A stretch of 64,000 nucleotides of DNA from Takakia lepidozioides (lineage: Eukaryota; Plantae; Bryophyta). Made by a program: the position numbers and the translations under genes. The DNA is taken from assembly GCA_030704615.1 (NCBI GenBank), contig CM060731.1:2108001-2172000 (forward strand), given 5' to 3'. This document shows, piece after piece, positions 39,150 to 51,800 of the stretch. The notes beneath the pieces are model-generated. The model was not told the DNA's origin. It searched no databases and saw only the letters and a list, made by a program, of their open reading frames with translations. Position 1 is the first letter of the stretch; each line of letters opens with the position of its first letter.

Positions 39150-40220
39150 ACACGGTGGCGATGGCAAATACATTTTGAAAATTAACAAAATGAACGCGAC
39201 TGCCAATTATGGTGGTCGCTTTGTTTTTCAAAATTAAAAAAGAAATAGCGGCCGCCGTATTGACGGTCGCTTCAATTTTTATTTTTTTTAAAGCAAGATT
39301 GGCGGTCGCACTGGCGGTCGCTTTATTTTTCGAAATAGAAAAAGAAATAGCGACCGCCATATTGGCGGTCGCTTCAAATTATTTAAAAAAAAAAACAAAG
39401 ATTGGCGGTCGCTTTATTTTTTGAATTAAAAATAAATAAATAGCGACCGTTATCTTGGCGGTCGCTTCAATTTATTTATTTTTAAAAACAAGATTGGCGG
39501 TCGCCTAATTTAAAAAAGAAAACAAGCGACTGTTGTATTGGCGGTCGCACAATTTTGTAAATATGTACAAAACAAGTGACCGCCATATGGCGGTCGGATA
39601 ATTTCAAAAATATAAAAAAAAACAGCGACCGCCATTGGGCGGTCGCTTAATTTAAAAAATATATAGAAAAACAAACGACCGCCATATAACGGTCGGTAAA
39701 TTTAAAATTATATAAAAAAAAACAAGCGACATACGAAAATAAAAGCGACCGCCACACCAGTGGTCGCTTGTTTTAAAACAATACAATATTTGCGACCACC
39801 AAACCAGCGGTCACGTCAATTTTAAAATATATATTAAGTTTAAGCGACCACCAGCCTGGAGGTCGCTTAAACTTGAAAATATAAAGATTAAAAGCGACCG
39901 CCTTACTGGCGGTCGCGTTTTTTAAAAAATATTAAAAATAAAAGCGACCACCATATTGGCGGTCGCTTTATTTTAAATATATTAACAAATGAAGCGACCG
40001 CCATACCGGCAGTCACATTATATTTTGAAATAAAAAGCAATAGCGACCGCCATACGGGCGGTCGCTTAAATTTAAAAATATACAAAATAGAAGTGACCGC
40101 AATATTACACAAAATGAAAGAAAATAAAAGCGACCGCAGTGTGGCGGTCGCTTGTTTTTCATAAAAAATAAAAATAGCGACCGTAGTATTAGCGGTCGTT
40201 TAATTTCAAAATTACAACAA
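39150..40220. repeat. Array of about 20 palindromes GCGACCGCC-N3-5-GGCGGTCGC with A/T spacers (transposon subterminal array)
   Basis: Directly visible; preceded by a CACGTC-rich terminus-like segment at 38976-39150. Confidence 0.9.
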
Positions 40221-40629
40221 ATATGGTTGTACAGCTTTTTTCAGGTGGGCGCCATTGGTTCGTCATTTATTCATTTCACTTTCATCCCTCTTGGATCATA
40301 TATAAGGGAGGAGGGTCACCAAGCTCATCACTTCTTTTGGCGCAAACACTTGAGGTTGCTTTGGATGTTCTCTTTCATTGAACGAGAGTGTAGCCCAAGA
40401 GGAGGGTGCGCACCTTTTGCCGTTGTGGCTTCCACCAAAGCCACTTCAGCAGATTGTGTATAAGCTCAACACTACAACCCACATCGATCCACTTGGGTTG
40501 CTGACAGGTGTAGAAGTGTTGGGCTATCGCACTGCACTCTACATTCACAACACGTTCATTTATAGGTGACTGTTTTTTGTTGCTTGCATCGCTAGGTCCC
40601 AGGGGAGTGCTCAGTGGATATTGGGTGAA

Positions 40630-42360
40630 GATGAGGGAGGAATTGAGCCCTTGGTATACGGCAATCTTGAACATTGTCAGTGTCACTGGTAGTGTTGAGT
40701 GCAACCTATGTGGATTAAAGCTTTCTTATCGTAAGGATCGGTTGTTCGCTCACCTCGGCTATAAAGGTGTGAAGAGCGCTGGGGTGGGTTTATGCCCCAA
40801 AGCATCTATGCGGGTAAGAAGCCACTTTGCCCAGTGTGGAGGCAATATTCCAATGTCTTTGGATCTGGACATGACCTCTAAGCAGAACACTCCATCTTCC
40901 CGTTAGGATGCCCCGATTAGTACCCAGGGCAACTCTTGTGAGGCTTCGGGTGTCATTGGACAAGTGGGTTGTGCCGGAGCAACACCTGCTTCAACATCTC
41001 TTTGTACCCCTACACTTCAACGGAGTAGAGGATTACGGCGGCAATCCATGCAGGAAGGTCTTAACTTGTCTGCGAAAAGACAGTTGGATAAAAAATGGGC
41101 ACAGTTTTTCTTCGAGGCCAACATATCATTTAATGTGGCAAGGCTTCCGGCATTTGTTTCTGCCGTTAGAGCAACCTCGGAGTCCAGATCCACGTACGTG
41201 CCTCCGACTTATCACAATCTCCGCACAGGATTGCTAGAAGGCGCCATGACCGAGCTTACCCAAAAGGTCAACGATAGGACGGGCAAGTGCATCAGAAAAT
41301 ATGAAAGCATTATGTATGCCGATGGTTGGAGTTCTATTACAAACAGACCGTTGTTCAATGTCATGCTCGTATGTACAGCTGGGGAATAATTCTTGGGATT
41401 GGTCGACACTAGCGGCGAGAAGAAAGATGAACGTTATCAATGTCAACTATTGACGGACTTCATCAAATAGGTCGGAAGTGATAGAATCGTGCAAATATGC
41501 ACAGACAATGCCGCTAACATGAGAAACACTGCAGACATGTTGCTGGCACGTTATCCCCATATATACTATCAAGGTTGTGCTGCTCATATCCTTGACCTCC
41601 TTTTGGAAGATTGGGGAAAAGAATAGTGGATGAAACAACTTGTCAAGCGAACGAAGACTGTTGTGTCGTTCAACCGCACACACCACATCCCTTTGGCAAT
41701 ATATAGGATACATGAACCCAAATACAGCCTCCGCAATCCAGGCGAAACTCGTTTTGCCACTAATTTCTTGATGGTGGATCGGTTGGTGATGGTGAAGAGC
41801 AGTCTGGAGCACACCATCATCGATCCTCAATGGGATGCGTACACACGGACATCGCGGGACTCCAGAAAAGCCAAGTCATTGGGCAAAAGTCGAAAAGTTC
41901 GAAATAACATTCGCAACGATGATTTATGGAAGAAATGTGAAAACTTTGTTTATATGGTAGAGCCGGTGTTAATTGTCTTGCGGGAGTTTGATGGAAAGCA
42001 ACCAGTAATGGGCAAGGCATGGTTACTAATGCAAAATCTTGAGAAGCACGTCCAATCCTTGAGGCATCATCCCTTCTCCTTGGAACCTGAACTTGCGGAC
42101 AGTGCTGAGGATGCATTTTACGACCGTCGTTCGATGGTTCGAACAGACTTGCATTATGCGGGGGTTTTGCTCAATCCATTCTTTCTCGACAATACCATGC
42201 TCCGAGACGACGTTGATGCCAAGGCCGGCCTCGTGCGAGTGCTCATGCGACTGGCTCCGCCGAACCATGCAGAGAGAGCTATATCCGAGTACCAATGCTT
42301 CTCAGATCGCCGCGACCTTTTTGAGGACATGCCCGATCCAGAAGAGCTCAATATGCCAAC
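40630..42360 (+). pseudogene. hAT transposase (BED-like finger and DUF659), multiple stops, 3'-truncated
   Basis: CNLC...FAHLG...LCPK, FFFEANISFNVA, ADGWSS, TDNAAN, CAAHILDL, GETRFATNF; TATA-like motif at ~40299. Confidence 0.9.
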
Positions 42361-42563
42361 CTGGACTTCTTCCCCAGTCCGCCAACAATCTGAAGTTGTC
42401 ATGCTATGCTGAGGCTGCTGCCAGAGAGTTTAGTCTGCAGGCATCTCCATCTCATCTACTTTGCGACCGTAGGGAAAATGTGCACAGCAGGGCTAGGGTT
42501 TATATAGATGGTAGCGCTTCAAAGTCAGATGCAAACTTTACTTGCAGTGGATAGTGGGTTTTT

Positions 42564-43089
42564 TCAAACAGAAAGGGTGAATTCCGTGGTGAAGCAGATC
42601 TTGCAGAATTACGTGTCGGTAGACCAATCGGACTGGGTGGAGCACTTGGATGCGGCAAAGTTATATTATAATAACACAAAACACTCCGCAATGGGAGTTT
42701 CCCCTTTCGTATTGGTCTATGGAAAAGCACCTCTGGTGCCGACAAGTTGGGCCCCCTAAGACGTTGAGGAACCGGCAGCAGCAGCGGTGCTGGAAGAACG
42801 CGAGCGTTTGTTGAAGCTCGCAAAGTACAACATTGCCAAAGCTAGGAAACGGTATGAACGGTAGGCGAATCGGAAGCGGAGGGAAGTTAAGTTTGAGGCA
42901 GGCACGGAGGTCTGGTTGAACATCAAGAATTCCAGACTACCTCCGGAAGTGAGTCCGAAGTTCGTACCTCCGTATGCGGGACCCTTTCGCATCCAGAAGG
43001 TTATGAATGAAGATGTGTATGAATTGGAGCTGCCGGCAAACAGCAAGGTGCATCCGGTATTCCACGTCTCCCTTTTGAAGCCTTATTTC
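42564..43089 (+). pseudogene. Chromovirus integrase fragment
   Basis: Near-identical to the reverse complement of 7703-8230. Confidence 0.9.
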
Positions 43090-43099
43090 AGTGGGACTT

Positions 43100-43629
43100 A
43101 CTAGTTTTGGCTGCTCACCGGGACATAATGGTCCCCCTTTACTCCTCCACTTGATCCTCTCTCAATTTGGGCCAAGTGGAAATTCCCTTTGGTCGATGGC
43201 AGTCCGGAACAGCTCCCCACACCTTGGTCGTTTTCCGGCTCGCACGCTTACTCACTAGTTTTTGGTCACCAACGGGCTTGCACCGTTCTCGGGGTTACTA
43301 CTCCCTATATATACTTCTGTGACTGTCCGCGGGGGTTTCACAAACAACCATGCCATTTTATGGCGAACCACCACGAAAACCCTCGATTCCCGGTGATGAG
43401 TCGCGGTGAGTCTTGGCCCACCCACCACGGCCCCATTGGACCGTGATGAGTCCCAAGACTCCCCATGACTCCCACCACAAGGTCTCCGCCCCCATGGTGA
43501 GTCCTATGCCACCCCCACTAAGTCCCACTAAGCTACCACCACCCCTCGTGGAACCACCCCCACCGCAACCCGGTGTGCGGGGCTCCACCTAGTGAGCGCC
43601 TCCGCCTCCTTGAGTGCCTGGGGCACTCA
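43100..43629 (-). repeat. Partial 725-bp-family LTR, inverted relative to the adjacent integrase fragment
   Basis: Aligns with 48968-49487. Confidence 0.9.
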
Positions 43630-44654
43630 GGAATCACCTTGAATCAATGCATATCCCTTCACCAACTTGATGACAGGTAAGGACAAATTTTCCCACCCAA
43701 ACACTTGAACAGCCTTGACATGGCTTTGGCAACATTATTGTCTTTCACACCAATTTCGAGGATTCTTTCTTTTGCATCGAGATCATGGTTACCAAATCAA
43801 TTGAAGGGTTTCCAGGGGTAAGTCTTAGTCAGAACTTGTAGAACAAGAACCATGTCTTCCAACATTCTTGCCCTCGTACAAAATCCTAGAGTCATTTTTT
43901 GAGTCACAACTTCACTAGAATCATTCCAAGATTGCCACACCTCAAAAGGGTTTTTTTCATGGATTTTTCATTGATCAATCATAGAAATAAGCTATGTGCA
44001 TGTACATGTACAATCAATCGAAATGATGGGTACAGTTATGTGCGAGAATTGTTATGTAGCTTTGATTACGTGTCTAATCAACTTGAACATCATCATCCAG
44101 AGCTTCTTCGTCCTCATCAAGCTACAAGTCTTCTTGGTCATCGGAGTCATCGTCATAAATGGTCTGGTCAGCAAAAGGCACATCTGAATCATTGTCGTGC
44201 ACCTAAGCATCGTGCCACAACATATATCGCTGTCCAACCACACTTCCTAGCACATAGTCCTAGAAAGCCACGCCACAATAGTGATACGGAAATGGTGAAA
44301 AGAGACCCACTCTATCACGTTATATAAGTCAAGCCAATGGCACCTTTGCTAAAAGACTCCACCATACAGACCTCACCCACTCTCCATCTCAAGTACTACA
44401 GCTATGGCGGGGAGAGAGGCCTCGCCCTAGTTGCAAATTTGGACGTGACGTGGCGTTGACGCGTCAGCCCGACGTCAGCGACGGACGTGCGTCACATCCT
44501 AAACCGACGTTACTGTACATAAATATGTTTATTTTTTTACTTTACTATTGACTATTTACTATGAGAACCGACGTGGCAACCGATGTTGCCTCATTACGTG
44601 GACTTCATTAATTATCTGTAAAATTTATATATTATAATTTATATTGTCAATCAT

Positions 44655-45055
44655 GCGACCGTCAGCAAAGGTTGGTCGGACAAATTTTTATTTTTTTAAA
44701 ATAGGTGCGACCACCAGAAGGGGGTGGTCAAATATTTTTTCTTATTTTTTAAATGGGTGCGACCACCAGCAGGTGGTGGTCGCAGCATTTTCATTTTTTT
44801 TTAATAGGTGCACAAGCAGAGGGTGGTCGCACATTTGTTTTTTTTTTTAAATTGGGTGCGACCACCAGCAGGTGTTGGTCGCAATTTAAAAAATAAATAA
44901 AAATAGGTGCGACCACCAGCAAGTGGTGGTCGCAACTTTTGGGTGCGACCACCAGCAGGGGATGGTCGCACATTTGTAATTATTTTTTAAATGGGTGCGA
45001 CCACCAGCCGGTGGTGGTCGCAGACTTTTTTTTTTTTGTTATTAGGTGCGACCGC
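44655..45055. repeat. Array of about 9 palindromes TGCGACCACCAGC-NN-GTGGTCGCA, followed by a TATA box at ~45123
   Basis: Directly visible; ACGT-rich segment at 44440-44600 upstream; tatataag downstream. Confidence 0.9.
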
Positions 45056-45417
45056 TCCCTGGACACGTGGCGAGGCGTGAATGGGCAGCAGAGGCGGTCG
45101 CACGTCAGGCCTCTCCGGGCAGTATATAAGGGCCTACCCCTCATTCCCAACCCACTTTTTTCCCTCTCTGTGAGTGCGGTTCTGGGGCTTCTTGGAGTTT
45201 GAACTTCGGTGGCCAAGACTGAGCGTGGGGGGGGGGGGGGAGAAAGTAGATTTGTGTGGGGGAGGAGTTTTCGCTTTTTTTTCCTGGGACTGCGGGAGAG
45301 TTTGCTTTGGGTACTATATCAATAGAGGGTGAGGGTCTGCTAGTATATAAGGTTATCAATAGTCTGGGTTTAGTTTTCCGTTACGAAGCCGCGTCTATTC
45401 CGCAGAGTATTTTCATC

Positions 45418-46857
45418 ATGTCCGGAAATGTTGCTTCGAACGCAGTGTCAGGGGGTTCTTCAGAAAGTGGGCGTAAAGGTAGGAAGCGTAAACATGCACA
45501 TGAACGGGATAATCAGAGTCAAGACTATCCAAGCGCAGAGGCCGTGAAGGTAGTGAAGCAAGTAGTGTTGGATTATTTGAAGGACAATGACATAATGCGT
45601 TTGGATTTTTTGTATGTCCGACATGGGAATGAGGGGTTCCTTAGATTCCAGCACAATATGGAGATGAGAATGAGGGAGGCTTTGGCCGGGGATGAATGGG
45701 AGGAGGACAGGGCGAAGTTCCAGTTCACGAAATGGATGGAGGACCGGGCCCATGATGCCACATGGAATCTGAGGCAAACCATGGACAAGTTTGTTACGAG
45801 AACACATGTAGCTGAAGATCGCATGCCAACTTCGGAGGAGGAGTTGTTTGTGCTTGTGGATTGGTGGTCTAACATGGCAAAGGCCCACGCCAAATGACGT
45901 ACGAAACCACTCCTGGAAGGCAGGGTCCTCGTCCGCGGATGCGGCATTGAATGTGAGATATATATCCACAAACGCACAGGTACAACAACTCGACGCGCCC
46001 AAACAGGGAGGGTATGGTACAATTCGGAGGGTTAGAATTGTTGGGGATTAATTCATTCCTCCATCTTGGGAGCTAACAGGGAAAACGCCCAGGGAAACAA
46101 ATGCTGAACTTGCCAAAGTCCAACATAACAATGAGGCGTTGGCTATAAAGTTCCATCATTTCGGCATCAAAAAGTATTTTGCGTTGCATCCACGTTGAAA
46201 TGAAGGTTACACACATTGGTGGAATGGGGGGACCATACGATCATGGTTGAGTATTGACAGGAAATGGGAGAAGGAAAATGGATAACAGGGAGTTAATGGA
46301 ACGACGGGGGACGGAGCAGGAAATGCAGGAGGTCAACTGACTGGTTCGATTCCGACAGAATCGCACCCAATTGGCATAGGCGCTTTTGCACATCATGCTC
46401 AACGTCCATAATCACCACCTCTTGCACAACGACATGTCCCCCGACAACATCTTGTTGCGATGTGTACATCGGGGTATGCGATTGGGGGATGGCCTCCATG
46501 ACGGATGACCCAAAAACCACGTTGTACATTTTCGAGAGCAGAGACAAGATGATAAAGACTATCGCACATAGATGGTGGATTGCACCTGAAATTGCAATTG
46601 TTCATAATGTAGCCAACAACTAGTCAGATGGCACACCTCGTAGGCCCCCTCTAACCGTGCCATCAGAGACCTTTGCAATTGGGAAGATAGCCCAGGCAAT
46701 AAATGGGGGTAACACGTTCGATGCAAGCATGTTCAACGATATGTCTACTGGAACCTGTTTTGTTTCCGCTCTGGAAAACTTGTGTGTAGACACAGTAGAG
46801 TTGCGGTACAAACTAGAAAATGTTGTGAAGCATTTCATGACGGGGCTATTCAATTGA
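45418..46857 (+). pseudogene. Intronless Ser/Thr-type protein kinase pseudogene with an N-terminal basic NLS-like motif
   Basis: GGYGTI (46007), LTGK, NNEAL, WWNGGT, HNDMSPDNILL (46425), CDWG (46480), WIAPE (46582), SETFAIG; GRKGRKRKH; stops and frameshifts. Confidence 0.85.
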
Positions 46858-47064
46858 CCTGAGCCCAAAAATTGCTGGAGGATGGATAGAAACTTGTAGA
46901 CCTCTGACTGTACATCATGTGTGAATAAATGTTGTTTTCAATTGTGTTTGTCTCGTACCATAATGTTTTAATGGTTTGTTACTTGGCCATGGCACTTGGG
47001 TCCATCATATGGGATAATCAAGCACCACACCCACTAATCTTGAAGAGTGACAGTGTACACCGGG

Positions 47065-48810
47065 TCAATGGGTGAACCAATCGTTCCCCTGCCAAATGAT
47101 TTTAGATTGATTTGAAACTTTGGGAGTGTCTTGTACATGCCCTCTTTAAGTTACCGGACAAGTATGAGGTCAATCTAAAATGGTTCTAAGGGTGAACCAA
47201 TAGTTCCCCTATTAAATGATTCATGATTGAAAATTGGTTGAAAGGTTTAACGAGTCGTTCGGGGGGCAAATGATTATTTCTTCGCTTGCAACTTTGTGTA
47301 CGTGATTTGTACGTACTTAAGCACATTTGGACCAAAGTTGAACTTCAACAAAGTTGTTTGAATGGGTTATTCAAATTCATAAGGATAAACAATATTTCGC
47401 CTGCACATGAATTGTTTTTAATTCCATTCTGAAGCCATATGCTTGATAACAACATGAAGAGTTGCATGCAAAATATCACCATGAACAGACATCGTCTGCA
47501 TCCAAAACACATTTTATTCCCTCATTTGCACTCCAAGGTGAAGTTATCTTCAACTTCATGCACTCTTCATAGAGATTTCTGCAATAGTGAGCATAGAGCA
47601 AAGCATAAACGTTTTTTTCCAAACATTTTTCTTTGGTACATTTTTTGGCAAGGATGTGGTGGTGTGAGGGTTCAACTCACAAAACAAAATCAAGCCAAAA
47701 ACAAAATCATTGCGCCCCACAATCCTATGCCCTCTAAATCATTTTATTTAGTAAAAATCCAGTTCAATTCAAAATTGGATGAAAGGGTGAACGGAAACTT
47801 CCCCGATGAAATGATATTTTATTGCTCCGAAATTTTGCAAGTGACTTCTACATGCCCTCTTACACGTCTTTGAGAAGTATGACATCAATCTAAAATGGTT
47901 TAAAGGATGAACCAATCATCCCCCTACCAAATGATTTTAAATTGATTGAAAACTTTGCAAGTGTCTTGTACATGCCCTCTTACAGGTCTTTCACAAGTTT
48001 CAAGTCAATCTAAAATGGTTGAAAGGGTGAATCAATCATGAGCATATCAAATGATTTTGGAGTGCTTTAAAGCTTTGCAAGTGTCTTTCACATGCCATTT
48101 TAAAGGTACCGGACAAGTATGAGGTCAGTAAAATATGGTTGAAACGGTGAACCAATTGTTCCCCTATCAAATGATTTTACATTGCTTTGAAGCTTTGCAA
48201 GTGTCAGCCACATGCCCTCCTACAAGTACCGGACAAGTATGACGTGAATAAAAAATGGTTGAAAGGGTGAACCAATCATTCCGCTATCAAATGATTTTAT
48301 ATTGCTTTGGATGTCATTGCTTTGATAATTCTAGCCCCCCAATGGCCCATTGTAACCCTTGAATTACAATTCAAAATGCAATTCAAGCCCTTAAAATTGG
48401 TAATGCCAGTCCCTAAAATGACCAACCCCGGCCGCCCCTCAAATTGTAATTTGAGCCCTTGAAATTGTCAATTCCAACCCCTCAAATTGCACTTCTAGCC
48501 CTTGAAATGGCAGTTGCCAGTGCAGCCCCTGAAATTGGCAATTGAAGCCCCTGGAATGGCAGCTTCAGCCCCTCAAATGGCAAGTCCAGCCCCTGAAATT
48601 GGCAAATCAAGCCCCATAAATGGCAATTTCAGCCCCGGAAATTGGCTATGGGTGAACCAATCATTCCCCTGCCAAATGATTTTGGATTCATTTGAAACTT
48701 TACGAGTGTCTTGTACATGCTCACTTAAAGTTACCGGACAAGTATGATGTCAATGTTAAATGGTTCAAAGGATAAACCAACAGTTCCCCTGTTGGATGAT
48801 TCATGATTAA
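47065..48810 (+). repeat. ~120-bp tandem repeat family (gggtgaaccaat..caaatgatttt..aaactttgcaagtgtc..accggacaagtatga); resumes at 57825-58150
   Basis: Units at ~47070, 47790, 47905, 48025, 48145, 48265 and 48650. Confidence 0.85.
48330..48648 (+). repeat. 21-22-bp minisatellite (agcccctgaaattggcaattcc), about 13 units
   Basis: Directly visible. Confidence 0.85.
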
Positions 48811-48863
48811 TCGTTAACGATTGATCTCATATTACACTCGGACCTATCAGAGGGTACATTGAA

Positions 48864-51800
48864 TGTCGCGCACCTCCCTTCGGTAAGCTCCCCCTCAAGT
48901 CATAGTTACTCGCTTTGATGCGCGCGCCTGACTCCCAACCTGGCCGCCGGGCCAACTTGGAGCTTCGGCTGCTCACCGGGGCATAACGGTCCCCCTTTGT
49001 TCTCCCAAAGAACCCTCCACCGATTTGGAACCAGCGGGAATTCCCTTTGGTAGTTGGCAGTCCGGAACAGCTCCCCACTCTTTGGTCGTTTTCCGGCTCG
49101 CTCGCTTACTCACTAGTTTTTTGTCACCAACGGGCTTGCACCGTTCTTGGGGTTACTACTCCCTATATATACTTCTGTAGCTGTCCGCGGGGGTTTCACA
49201 ACCAGCCATGCCATTTTATGGCGAACCACCACGAAGACCCTCGATTCCCGGTGGTGAGTCGCGGTGAGTCTTGGCCCACTCACCGCGGCCCCAATGGACC
49301 GTGATGAGTCCCAAGACTCCCCACGACTCCCACCTCGAGGTCTCCACCCCATGGCGAGTCCTATGCCACCCCCACTAAGTCCCGCTAAGCTACCACCACC
49401 CCTTGTGGAGCCACCCCCACCGCAACCCGGTGTGCGGGGCTCCACCTAGTGAGCGCCTCTGCCTCCTTGAGTGCCTTGGGCACTCAAGGGTGCTTCAGCC
49501 CCCGTACCTATCGCTGCTACTGCCCCCACCACAGGGGCAGCCCCTCTTGTGTCCCGACCCCCTGCCCTCAAGGCAAAGGGCCGCGACACACACCCCTACC
49601 AACAGGGAGTCGATGTCCTCATCGACTTGTCTATTTTGTAGAAACGAACATCCAAGTTGTGGCGTCCCACATCAAGGAGTTTGTTTCCGTACCATGGCGT
49701 CCCATGGCAAAGAACCAAACCCCACACTTGACTCTACTCTCCACTAGCTAGTTCGGCCGACTTCCTCCAAGTCCCGGCCAAGGGTGGAGCCTCTCAAGCT
49801 CCTCCCAGTGCACTCTTCTTGGCCTACTTCAAGGCCAAGGAACGATCCTCCCCGAGGATCGAATCGCCTTACTGCAACAACATTGCTTGCGACCGCTCAT
49901 GATGCCGCTTTTGGCATCACCTTGAGCAAGGGTTCCCTGGAACCCTCTTTGACTAGGAAGATAACCTTGAACCAACCGTGCGCCCCAATCACTACAATTG
50001 GGTCCGCCTTGGAATGCTGGCCTGAGGTACGGGAACACGCCAAAGCCGCACTACGACTTCGTCCCGAGGCTACACGATTATAGTACGTGAACGGAAGCAC
50101 GTAGCTTCCGCGTTAGCCCGCACTACAAGGCAACCCCCTCGGTAGCGCAGTTATAGTACGCGCACGCGCCAGGTGCGCACTAGCACGTGAACTCCCAAAG
50201 AATGCGCAAGTTTCCTTGCCCCTTGGATGGGGGTCACTCGATTTCGGCACTACGCAAACACACGATTAACCCAATTTACCTCTCCCACTTTATAAGCTAG
50301 AATGCATTCTACACACTAGCCAACCATACCATGCATCACCATTCCAAACAAAATAGGACACACAACATTTGGAATCCATTTCATTTATAGCACATTTTGA
50401 ACAATACAAGTTTTTGCAATCGGATTCCTAAACTAGCTAAACTGGGCTAAGCATGCATTTCCTCCCCCACGCTCCAAGGTTGATGTCCCCATCAACGCTT
50501 CTTCCGTTTTTGAGGTCGCCCTTCGAAAGCTACAACCGCCTCGGACGCGTTTCCCATTTCTGAGGCACGTACCCAAGATGCCTCCACATGATGATAGCCC
50601 TTCCATTTGACGAGATACTCCGTTTCTCGGTTCTTGAACCTCCTCGACTTAAGTATTGCCTCCACCTCGTACTCAGGTTCATTTTCATGATCCAACAGCA
50701 TAGGTGGCGGACGCAACACTTGATGCCGATTCGGACGTGCTTCATCTTTGAAGTAAGGCTTCAAAAGGGAGACATGGAATACTGGGTGCACCTTGCTGTT
50801 TGCCGGTAGCTCCAATTCATACACATCCTCATTCATAACCTTCCGAATGCGAAAAGGTCCCGCATACGGAGGTACAAACTTCGAACTCACTTCCGGAGGT
50901 AGTCGGAAATTCTTGATGTTCAACCAGACCTCCGTGCCTGCCTCAAACTTCACTTCCCTCCGCTTCCGATTCGCCTGCCTTTCATACCGTTTCCTAGCTT
51001 TGGCAATGTTGTACTTTGCGAGCTTCAACAAACGCTCGCGTTCTTCCAGTACCGCCGCTACTGCCGGTTCCTCAACGTCCTGGGCGGCCCAACTTGTCGG
51101 CACCAGAGGTGCTTTTCCATAGACCAATACGAAAGGGGAAAACTCCCGTTGCGGAGTGTTCTGTGTTATTATAATAGAACTCTGCCGCGTCTAAGTGTTC
51201 CACCCAGTCTGTTTGGTCTGCCGACACGTAATTCCACAAGATCTGCTTTACTACGGAATTCACTCTTTCTGTTTGGCCGTCGGTCGTAGGTCGGAAGGCG
51301 GTGCTCATCTTCAGCATCGTCCCCATCTTCTTCCAAAGTGCTCTCCAGAATTTACTCGTAAACTTTGGATCGCGGTCCGAGACAATATCCTTCGGGACTC
51401 CATGATATTTTAAGACGTGGGCGAAGTAAAGTCGCCCTGTCTCCTGCGCCGTTGCCGTCTCCTTGGTGGGGATGAAATGGCCCATTTTACTGAACCTATC
51501 CACCACCACCATGATTGCATTGAATCCTTTTGACAGCGGCATAGCAGTCATGAAATCCATCGAGATGCTTTCCCAAGTCCCCTCTGGAATCGGCAAGGGT
51601 TGTAACAGCCCCGCTTGCTTTTTGTACTCGCTCCGGTTTTGTTGGCATGTGGTGCATGTCTTGACATACTCCTCTGCCTCCTCCCTCAGTTTGGGCCAGA
51701 AATACTCATTCTTCAGGAGTGCCGCAGTGCGCTTGGCTCCGCCGTGGCCCGCAAGCGGGCTATCATGGCATTCTCTCAAGAGGCTATCTCTGATCCTCCC

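Noticed and set aside
39150-40220. CRISPR-like palindromic repeats with spacers (also 44655-45055 and 60315-60810)
   Set aside because: Spacers are low-complexity A/T tracts, repeats are degenerate, no cas genes are present and the context is eukaryotic TE
43630-44350. Minus-strand coding-like fragment with an acidic stretch
   Set aside because: Fragmentary with no identifiable family
49047-49751. Recurrent small ORFs in LTR copies (MEPRTPGCGGGG...)
   Set aside because: They recur only because the LTR DNA is repeated; no coding signature
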